IMG/VR virus record: IMGVR_UViG_3300036770_008729
Coordinates: 1 to 64,000 of that record
Direction: 5' to 3' (one strand)
DNA: 64,000 nt
A program made the translations under genes and the position numbers. The notes below the pieces were generated by a model. The model was given only the letters and a program-made list of their open reading frames with translations. It did not search any database and was not told the DNA's origin. Below are positions 20,360 through 27,825 of the stretch, in pieces. The stretch's first letter is position 1, and each line of letters begins with the position of its first letter.

Positions 20360-20514
20360 TGAAGAGAATATTACAACCTTTATTTCAAAATTATGCAGAT
20401 TTTCTAATCTCAAGATTGGAAAAAACTGACACACAAGCAGAATTTGAAGCACTGTTTTCACAGGCTTTGTATTTAGATTGGATAGCTTATACTTTTGGCG
20501 TCGAACTAAAATGA
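20359..20514 (+). CDS. Small hypothetical protein (51 aa)
   Basis: Not in the track; MKRILQPLFQNYADFLISRLE..., overlapping the stop and start of both neighbours. Confidence 0.6.
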   Translation: MKRILQPLFQNYADFLISRLEKTDTQAEFEALFSQALYLDWIAYTFGVELK

Positions 20515-20822
20515 GGAAAATGAATTTTATAACCAGACATTTAATTGGTAGAATAGGAACTTTGATTGAAGAAAATCAAAAGTCACTTAATCATTCAAGT
20601 TTTCTTTATTTAGATAAACCCACAAAGACAAGAACCAAGTTTATTAATAGAGTTAATAAGTTTAACTATTACTATCAGAATGAAATCTTACCTCAAAGCT
20701 TTTATTTCTTAGAGCCTATACAGCTAATGGAAATATATGATAGTCTTAAAACCAATAACTTTTTTATCTATAAGACCATAAAAGGCAAAGACTATAAAAC
20801 CAGAATCAAAAAACGTGATTAG
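20511..20822 (+). CDS. Hypothetical protein
   Basis: Track start 20478; ATG 20511 gives an ATGA overlap with the upstream small ORF. Confidence 0.65.
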   Translation: MRKMNFITRHLIGRIGTLIEENQKSLNHSSFLYLDKPTKTRTKFINRVNKFNYYYQNEILPQSFYFLEPIQLMEIYDSLKTNNFFIYKTIKGKDYKTRIKKRD

Positions 20823-21537
20823 TTTATTAGGATATGATTTTAAATATCAACTTTATGTTGATTATGCTTCTTCAAATAGTTGTGAGACAAGTGGTTGTAT
20901 TGAAGAAGGCATTTGTCGCTGCACTGAAATTCATGACTGTCAAGTAACTGATGTCAAATTTAAAGATATATCAGATATCGTTTATAATTCATACTTTGAT
21001 AAAAGTAAATCTTCAAAAAGAAATATCAAAATTAACGAACTACTTTATGGTATCAATGAAGAAATAGACCGATATACAGTTGATAGAATTCTTAGAATTA
21101 ATAAAATCTGGCTTGATAAAAATTGGATAGTTCAAATTAATAATGGTTATTATGGTCAGGAAATAGATGTTGTGATATTAACATCTGAAATGGCTGATAA
21201 AATATCAAAAGAATTAGATACTGCTTTTGATATTTTAGATTTAAATAAAAGAGTAGAATTTCTTTTAGAGTTGGAGTATGGAAAACTTTTACCTCAATTA
21301 GAAAACTGTAGTTGGAAATTAATTAAATTAAAAAAAGATGATATTATTTTCCCCTCAAAATCTCATTTAGAGTTAGTTGGAAAAAAAGAATTAATTCACT
21401 ATTCTGCTCCTAAATATAATTCTATAAGAGCTGTTGTTACCAAAGATGGTAATTACTGGAAATTAGTAGATGGTTATCACAGATTATCTGCTATTAGTTT
21501 AGGTGATTTCTGGGTTTTAGCTGGAGAAAAAAGTTAA
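20815..21537 (+). CDS. Hypothetical protein with C-terminal ParB/Srx-like motif
   Basis: YWKLVDGYHRLSA (DGxHR) near the C-terminus; Cys cluster near the N-terminus. Confidence 0.55.
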   Translation: MISLLGYDFKYQLYVDYASSNSCETSGCIEEGICRCTEIHDCQVTDVKFKDISDIVYNSYFDKSKSSKRNIKINELLYGINEEIDRYTVDRILRINKIWLDKNWIVQINNGYYGQEIDVVILTSEMADKISKELDTAFDILDLNKRVEFLLELEYGKLLPQLENCSWKLIKLKKDDIIFPSKSHLELVGKKELIHYSAPKYNSIRAVVTKDGNYWKLVDGYHRLSAISLGDFWVLAGEKS

Positions 21538-23432
21538 TTTGGTAAAAATTCACCACTTTCTACCTGTTCTAATCTTTTAACTAATTTATTCAAAGATTTT
21601 TTAGCAGTTTCTTTCCCTTTTTCAATCATCTTTTTGTCAAATTTCAAAGGTAACTCTCCTGATGTATCATCATTTAATACTCTATTATAATGATTGATTT
21701 TACTACTAAGTCTTTTTTCTAATGTTTCAAGTAAATCCTCTATTTCCTTATGATAGTCAAAAAGATCCGTAACTCTTTTTTCAGATGTATCAACTTCCCA
21801 TCCGAATACAATTGCATCTTCTTCTTTCAGATATTCTACTCCTTCTAAGTTAACAGGGTTAGGATTATTTGATGCATCTAAAACCTTAAATGTTTCAATC
21901 TTAAACTTCTTCAAAATCCATTCTCCTTTATAGTCCTTCTCTAAAAGAGAATCATGGATGTATTGATAATCTGACCAATCTGAAAATCTATTTGATAGAA
22001 TTTCAGCCCAAGGTCTATCAAGAATTTTTGAACCCATATATAAAACTTCATCATCATCTTCGTGATACCAACTTGCTTCATCATGCGGTTCAATACTTCC
22101 ATCAGAATAAATATTATCAATAACTTTTTGAGCATCTTGCTCTAAGATTCTATCACCATAAGCCTCGGAATAAACTGAATCATCTTCATGTAAATAATCA
22201 TCATACCATTCACTATGAACTATAACATCACAATCCTCTGGGTAGTATCCTCTGTTTCTTCTTGAACCTCTGGTAACTTCAACACATCTATTATCCCATA
22301 GATAAGTATTTTCATAGTCAGACCAAACTGCTCTATCTTCTGGAATGTTTTCTCCGTGATAGTCAGACCAAACTCCACTACTAGTTTGACTATAACCACC
22401 ATCAGTATCGTCTAATAGATAGTGACCGTCATTATCTTCTTCATCATCGTTGTGTAATGTTCCATTATCAATGTCAAATCTTCTGAATGTGTCCATATAT
22501 GGATATCTTTTATATCCGTAAGTGGTTCCATTTTTAGGAAGTTGTATTTTCATATACACACCAATAGATTCTCCTTTATATGTCATAGATTGAAAAGAGT
22601 GGTGATTGTTATTGGTTTTATATCCCCAACCTTTATCATCTGCAAATTTTCTAAATTTAGCCACGTCGGATTCTTTGATGGTGTATTGTCTATCCATAAA
22701 CCATTCAGGTCCTTCGTATACTCTACCATTCTTTTTATATGAGGTGATTTTCCAGATTAGTGCTCTCCCGATTAGTTTACCATCTTCTAACAGAACAACC
22801 ATTTTACATAAATCAGGATTCTTAGAATACATTTCAAATACCGAAGCTGGTTTTTCTCTCATACAAGAATTTCCTAAATTACCACTAACTTCTTTGTAGT
22901 TATTGTAATCATACCAGAATGGAATTTGATCACCTTCAACTATTTCAAACTTTTCACCTGTTTGTTCAATAGAGGATTTGAACAAGTTAACAAAATCTTC
23001 TCTTTCTTTATCTGAATATTTACCTGGAAATAGTTTATTTACAAATCTTCCTATTGCTAATGGATTCCTAGATTTTAGGAAAAGGCCGGTTCCTCTATCA
23101 GATCCCTTTTTGTCGAGTGACCATAGCTCATCAGCTAAATCTACATCTGGATTTGTATCTACATAATCCATAGTTGGATATTTATCCATAATGATTTTTT
23201 TAGCATTTCTCATTGTTGAAAAACTAATATATCCTTCTTTATCTAAGTCAATAAATGTAATATCTGGTTTGATATCTTCCGCTTCAATTGAAATGATGTC
23301 TTTTGCAATAGCATTTTCTTTTGACAATTTAACTAGAATTCTTCTAACATCAGGAGAATAATAAAAGATAGACTCATTAATTAATCTTTCCAAAATTAGA
23401 TTTTCATTAAAATCATGATATTTATATAACAT
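21534..23432 (-). CDS. Large hypothetical phage protein with tag-like N-terminus, NSCMR / IGRALIW / FMDRQY motifs and an acidic Trp/Tyr repeat region
   Basis: 632-aa ORF; TAATATATA at 23438-23446. Confidence 0.7.
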   Translation of the reverse strand: MLYKYHDFNENLILERLINESIFYYSPDVRRILVKLSKENAIAKDIISIEAEDIKPDITFIDLDKEGYISFSTMRNAKKIIMDKYPTMDYVDTNPDVDLADELWSLDKKGSDRGTGLFLKSRNPLAIGRFVNKLFPGKYSDKEREDFVNLFKSSIEQTGEKFEIVEGDQIPFWYDYNNYKEVSGNLGNSCMREKPASVFEMYSKNPDLCKMVVLLEDGKLIGRALIWKITSYKKNGRVYEGPEWFMDRQYTIKESDVAKFRKFADDKGWGYKTNNNHHSFQSMTYKGESIGVYMKIQLPKNGTTYGYKRYPYMDTFRRFDIDNGTLHNDDEEDNDGHYLLDDTDGGYSQTSSGVWSDYHGENIPEDRAVWSDYENTYLWDNRCVEVTRGSRRNRGYYPEDCDVIVHSEWYDDYLHEDDSVYSEAYGDRILEQDAQKVIDNIYSDGSIEPHDEASWYHEDDDEVLYMGSKILDRPWAEILSNRFSDWSDYQYIHDSLLEKDYKGEWILKKFKIETFKVLDASNNPNPVNLEGVEYLKEEDAIVFGWEVDTSEKRVTDLFDYHKEIEDLLETLEKRLSSKINHYNRVLNDDTSGELPLKFDKKMIEKGKETAKKSLNKLVKRLEQVESGEFLPN

Positions 23433-23448
23433 AAATGTATATATTAAT

Positions 23449-23479
23449 TTTGCACGTTAGAAAATTATTCTTATATTTA
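23449..23479 (+). promoter_or_regulatory. Near-consensus Bacteroidota promoter
   Basis: TTTG 23449-23452, 19-nt spacer, TATATTTA 23472-23479. Confidence 0.45.
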
Positions 23480-23483
23480 CTTA

Positions 23484-23954
23484 ATGAAAAAACCTAATGT
23501 CATATTACTTATTGGTCATCCTTTAGTTGGTAAATCAACTTGGGTTAGAAACAATTACCCTAACGCTAAAGTTATCAGTAGAGATGATATTGTTTTAGAA
23601 ATATACGGATCAGATGATTATAATATGGCATTTGACTATGTAGATCAAAAAAAAGTTGATAAAATTTTAACTCAAAGACTTATTCAGGCTGGTCTTCAAT
23701 CTGATGATGTTATTATTGATATGACTCACATGGCTTCTAAAAGAAGAATGAAGAACCTAATAAAGTTCCCTAATCACAATAAAATTGGAGTAGTTTTTTC
23801 ACACTTAGATGATGATGAAATAATAAGAAGAAATCAGTATAGATTAATCACTGAAAAGAAGTCTATACCACTTTCGGTTGTAAAAAATATGATACAATCT
23901 TTTGAAGAACCTAATAAATCAGAGGGGTTTGACGAAATTATTTTCGTAAAATAA
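23484..23954 (+). CDS. AAA_33 / polynucleotide-kinase-like P-loop kinase
   Basis: LLIGHPLVGKSTW Walker A variant, ISRDDI, VIIDMT. Confidence 0.8.
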   Translation: MKKPNVILLIGHPLVGKSTWVRNNYPNAKVISRDDIVLEIYGSDDYNMAFDYVDQKKVDKILTQRLIQAGLQSDDVIIDMTHMASKRRMKNLIKFPNHNKIGVVFSHLDDDEIIRRNQYRLITEKKSIPLSVVKNMIQSFEEPNKSEGFDEIIFVK

Positions 23955-23965
23955 AATATTGATTT

Positions 23966-23997
23966 TTTGGTAAATTAAATACTTTTGATTATATTTG
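23966..23997 (+). promoter_or_regulatory. Bacteroidota primary-sigma promoter
   Basis: TTTG 23966-23969, 20-nt spacer, TATATTTG 23990-23997. Confidence 0.7.
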
Positions 23998-24016
23998 TAT
24001 TACAAATAAGATATAT

Positions 24017-24373
24017 ATGAACAACTCAACTAAAACATACTCATTAAACTTTAATAACCTAAAACTTGTAGATGGTGATTACACTAAAACTGATGATTGG
24101 TATGAAATGATTTGTGAGAATGGTTGTTTTTCTACTGACTCTCAATATATGAGATTCAGTAGTGATGGAATAGATGTTGTTGTTGACTTTGACTTATCTG
24201 TTATCGGAACTGTGTCACATGATCCTGGTGATTATTGGACTCCTCCCTACACTGATATAGATGTTGAAGAAGTTGAAATCAATGTCATATCTTTACATAT
24301 AGACGATTGGGAAGTAGAATTGACAAAGGAGTTGAAAAACTTTCTTGAAGTTGAGATAAAAAAACACCTATAA
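24017..24373 (+). CDS. Hypothetical protein
   Basis: 118-aa acidic ORF; first of a run of small genes. Confidence 0.7.
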   Translation: MNNSTKTYSLNFNNLKLVDGDYTKTDDWYEMICENGCFSTDSQYMRFSSDGIDVVVDFDLSVIGTVSHDPGDYWTPPYTDIDVEEVEINVISLHIDDWEVELTKELKNFLEVEIKKHL

Positions 24374-24374
24374 A

Positions 24375-24683
24375 ATGGAAAAAATCTACAAAGAAGATGA
24401 GTGTTGGTGGGTTGATGAACTTGCTGACATTTATTATTTTAAAACCATTAACCAAGAAACAAATGAAGAATCTTCAGAGATTTTGTCCTGGACAAGAATG
24501 GTTGACTTATCAATCTATTCTAAAAATCCGTTAAGAATGTATGATATAGAATCAAATGAGAAAAAATATTACTTTCTACTGTATCAAGTAGGTGATAGAT
24601 ATAAATTAGAAATAGAAAATACTTATGAGTTAGAAGAACTTTTAAGACAGAAAAATATAATACTAACAGCAGAAACAAAATAA
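24375..24683 (+). CDS. Hypothetical protein
   Basis: 102-aa ORF tightly packed in the operon. Confidence 0.65.
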   Translation: MEKIYKEDECWWVDELADIYYFKTINQETNEESSEILSWTRMVDLSIYSKNPLRMYDIESNEKKYYFLLYQVGDRYKLEIENTYELEELLRQKNIILTAETK

Positions 24684-24689
24684 TTAATT

Positions 24690-24977
24690 ATGACAGAAAT
24701 TGGAATACATTTAGAATCAGTTAGAAAAAAAATGAGAGATATTTCTATATTTAGAAATATGACAGAATTCTCAAATGAAAATGGAACAAAAGTTATGATC
24801 CATCAAGACGACATGACTATGTATAATAGTTGGCACCTAACATCTTATCATTATGTTGATAAGGTTTTATATAGAGGAAGTAGCTCAGAATTGCCACACC
24901 AATACCAAGCATTTTTGGATAAAATAGGAAATCCAAAAAATGTTATTGTTACACAATCATCACAAGATACATATTGA
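24690..24977 (+). CDS. Hypothetical protein
   Basis: 95-aa ORF in the operon. Confidence 0.6.
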   Translation: MTEIGIHLESVRKKMRDISIFRNMTEFSNENGTKVMIHQDDMTMYNSWHLTSYHYVDKVLYRGSSSELPHQYQAFLDKIGNPKNVIVTQSSQDTY

Positions 24978-25237
24978 TGATATCTGATTTTAATTCAGAT
25001 ACAATATACAAATATCTTGATAATTATATCAGGACTATTAATAATTATGGTCACTACAAGATTAAAGAAGTTGTTATACTGAAAATCGATAGAGTTATTG
25101 GTTTTCAAATTATTGTTGTTGATTACAAAGTCTCTATTTACAAATCCGGATTTGGATTTGTTGAAGGTTCAATAACTTTAGATTTAGCTGATCCACAAAC
25201 TAAGAGAGACCTTATCCTAAACGAAATTATAGATTAA
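24974..25237 (+). CDS. Hypothetical protein
   Basis: 87-aa ORF, ATGA overlap; ends RDLILNEII. Confidence 0.6.
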   Translation: MMISDFNSDTIYKYLDNYIRTINNYGHYKIKEVVILKIDRVIGFQIIVVDYKVSIYKSGFGFVEGSITLDLADPQTKRDLILNEIID

Positions 25238-25271
25238 TCAATTATAGTTGTTTTTTTTAATATATACAACT

Positions 25272-26123
25272 ATGAAAGTAAGAAAGTTAGGTGATAAGAA
25301 GCCAAAAGTTTTAGTATTTCAAGGTTCTCCAAGAGATAAAGAATCCTGTTCAAATATGGATTCTAAATCACATTCTGTGGTTGATTATATGGTTAATAAA
25401 TGGTCACCATTTGTAAACTTCAAGGTGATTGACTTAGCGGTTAATCAATCAAAAAGACCTACAATTCAGCCTTGTAAGGGTTGTGTTTCTACTGCTGGTG
25501 GTTTTCATTGCCATTTTAGTTGCAGTTGCTATTTCAAAGGAGATAAGTCTAAACCAGATTTACTAAAAGAAATGGACGTCTATGAGTTATTAAAAGAGTG
25601 TGATGCTTTTATTATAGTATCTCCTATTCATTGGTATTCACTTTCATCCCAGGTAAAATTACTTTTTGATAGGTTAGTTTGTGTTAATCAAACATTAACT
25701 GTTGATGACGCAAAAAAATTGATGGGTGCTGATAATATAAAAAACTCAGAAGTTACTGGTAAATTTTCAAAGTCTGGAAAATATGATAATATGTTAAGAA
25801 ATCATCTAGAAGGTAAAGTTGCTGGGTTTTATGTTCATGGTGATGATGGTGCAAATGATTATAGTAAAAATGAAAAACCAGATTCTTATTCTGATGTTTT
25901 ATATGATGGATTTGCTCAAAATCCTAAAAGTGTAGTAATGCCTTTTATTACACAATTAAAGTATTCTGGTATATATGTTCCGGATGAATTAGTAGAATCT
26001 TTTTATGTGAATAAAGGAGTTGACTACTATACTGCCAACATTACAATGAATAGAGAAATGGAATTCTTTGACAGAGCGGATAATTTATTAGAAAATTTAC
26101 TTACCTTTTTAGATAAAAAATAG
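25272..26123 (+). CDS. Flavodoxin-fold NAD(P)H-dependent FMN reductase / iron-sulfur flavoprotein
   Basis: VLVFQGSPR, PCKGC...CHFSCSCY, DAFIIVSPIHWYSLSSQVKLLFDRL; start moved to 25272 (TAATATATA at 25258-25266). Confidence 0.85.
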   Translation: MKVRKLGDKKPKVLVFQGSPRDKESCSNMDSKSHSVVDYMVNKWSPFVNFKVIDLAVNQSKRPTIQPCKGCVSTAGGFHCHFSCSCYFKGDKSKPDLLKEMDVYELLKECDAFIIVSPIHWYSLSSQVKLLFDRLVCVNQTLTVDDAKKLMGADNIKNSEVTGKFSKSGKYDNMLRNHLEGKVAGFYVHGDDGANDYSKNEKPDSYSDVLYDGFAQNPKSVVMPFITQLKYSGIYVPDELVESFYVNKGVDYYTANITMNREMEFFDRADNLLENLLTFLDKK

Positions 26124-26172
26124 TTTATCTAACTTTTCAACTTTTTATTTCATAAAAATATAAAATCTATAT

Positions 26173-26246
26173 CGCGGGTTAGAGAAGAGGCCTATCTCAT
26201 TTGGCTCATAATCAAAAGATCGGAGGTTCGAATCCTCCACCCGCTA
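26173..26246 (+). tRNA. trnM: tRNA-Met(CAT), initiator-like with atypical anticodon stem
   Basis: Acceptor CGCGGGT/ACCCGCT (C1:U72 mismatch); D-stem GAGA/TCTC; anticodon arm TTTGG-CTCATAA-TCAAA; T-arm GGAGG-TTCGAAT-CCTCC. Confidence 0.88.
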
Positions 26247-26249
26247 CTG

Positions 26250-26332
26250 AGTTTTCGTAGTGGTTAACTTATCCTCTAAATAGAGGGGTCTGATTTAATC
26301 AGAGTGGATACCTAACTCCACACAAACGCGAC
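26250..26332 (+). ncRNA. Possible structured RNA between the tRNA and its terminator
   Basis: Three consecutive hairpins: CCTCT/AGAGG, TCTGAT/ATCAGA, GTGGA/TCCAC. Confidence 0.3.
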
Positions 26333-26347
26333 CCAAAAATCCCAACT

Positions 26348-26378
26348 AAACTCACTGAATTATTTAGTGAGTTTTTTT
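26348..26378 (+). terminator. Intrinsic terminator
   Basis: AAACTCACT...AGTGAGTTT plus T-run. Confidence 0.75.
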
Positions 26379-26430
26379 ATTGATAATAATTTTTTAATAT
26401 GTATATTTGTATATTAAATAAATAAAAATT

Positions 26431-26895
26431 ATGACAGATATTTTTAATATACAATCAGAACTAAACATCTTACTTTTTGCATTGCCTAAATTAGTTGTTG
26501 CTACAATTTGTGGTGCAATTGTTGGTTGGGAAAGAGAAAAGAAAAACAAAGTAGCAGGTCTAAGAACCATTATATTAATCTGTGCTGGTTCTGCAATTTT
26601 TACTATTGCTTCTTTTTTAGCAAGAGACATTTATAATTTAGGTGATCCAACTCGTATACTTTCTACAATTGTTACTGGTATTGGATTCTTAGGTGGTGGT
26701 GTTATATTAAGAAATGATGATAAAGTAATTGGATTAACAACAGCGGCTTTTATTTGGACTATCTCTGCAATTGGTATACTTTGTGGTATGGGGTTCATGT
26801 TGACTCCTATTGTAATGACAATTGGTCTTGTAGTTGTATCAACTTATTTTGAAAGAGTTGAAAAATATATCAAACAAAATAACGACAAAAAATAA
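26431..26895 (+). CDS. mgtC: MgtC/SapB family membrane protein (N-terminal domain only)
   Basis: GAIVGWERE, AGLRT..L, DPTRI...IVTGIGFLGGG.I, GLTTAA.IW. Confidence 0.92.
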   Translation: MTDIFNIQSELNILLFALPKLVVATICGAIVGWEREKKNKVAGLRTIILICAGSAIFTIASFLARDIYNLGDPTRILSTIVTGIGFLGGGVILRNDDKVIGLTTAAFIWTISAIGILCGMGFMLTPIVMTIGLVVVSTYFERVEKYIKQNNDKK

Positions 26896-27395
26896 TGAAA
26901 TTAGAAATTGAAAGAAAGTTTCTGTTAAAGTCAATACCTGAAAAGCAGCCCGATGAGATCATAAAAATCGAACAATGGTATCTTAGAAACTCACATGGAA
27001 CTTGGGAAAGAGTTAGAAAATGTGAATCTAATATCAATGGTGTTTATTATGTTCATACCATAAAAAAGTCAATTTCCAAAGGTGTGAACATGGAAGATGA
27101 AAATACTATTTCAAAAAATGAGTATGATGATTTTATAAAAGATTGTAACCTGACTAATAGTCAATCAAGATATATCACAAAGGAAAGATGGTGCTATAAA
27201 CAAAATGAACTTAAATGGGAAGTTGATATTTTTCATAGTGGACATCATTTAGTTGTTGCAGAAATTGAAATACCAAAAAGAACTTTCAAAATAAAAATTC
27301 CAGATTACATAAAAGAAAAGTTACTACTTGAGGTTACGGGTATGAAACAATTTAGTAATAAAAACTTATCTAATCCAGTAAATAAAACTTCATAA
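26895..27395 (+). CDS. CYTH / triphosphate tunnel metalloenzyme domain protein
   Basis: LEIERKFL, I.Q.Y, I.K.R, WEVD.F, LVVAEIE, EVTG...SN. Confidence 0.88.
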   Translation: MKLEIERKFLLKSIPEKQPDEIIKIEQWYLRNSHGTWERVRKCESNINGVYYVHTIKKSISKGVNMEDENTISKNEYDDFIKDCNLTNSQSRYITKERWCYKQNELKWEVDIFHSGHHLVVAEIEIPKRTFKIKIPDYIKEKLLLEVTGMKQFSNKNLSNPVNKTS

Positions 27396-27416
27396 ATCTG
27401 TTTCATATAACACTTA

Positions 27417-27818
27417 ATGTATACTGTCAAAATTAAAGATAAATATTTTATTGTTGAGGACATATCAACTCAATTTTCTATTGGGTCTCACGCTACAATA
27501 AATTTAACTATTAATACTTTAAAATATCCGGATTATTATCATTTTTTTACTGATATATTTGATAGCTATTCTGATGAAATCTTTAATCAAAGACCTAGAA
27601 CCGATATAGTTTTTGACCTTCAATGGAAAAATCTCAGAGGTTATGGTTGTTCATTGAAGTCATTAGATATTGACAGTATGAATTATCTTATGTATGTTTC
27701 TATTATGTGTGACTATTTAGAACAGGTTACTGTTCAAGAAAAAAGAGATGAATTGATAGATGATGTTTTAAATGAAACTTCGGAAAATAAAAATAATATA
27801 ACTAAAAATCTAAATTAA
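27417..27818 (+). CDS. Hypothetical protein
   Basis: 133-aa ORF in the operon. Confidence 0.65.
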   Translation: MYTVKIKDKYFIVEDISTQFSIGSHATINLTINTLKYPDYYHFFTDIFDSYSDEIFNQRPRTDIVFDLQWKNLRGYGCSLKSLDIDSMNYLMYVSIMCDYLEQVTVQEKRDELIDDVLNETSENKNNITKNLN

Positions 27819-27825
27819 TAAACTT

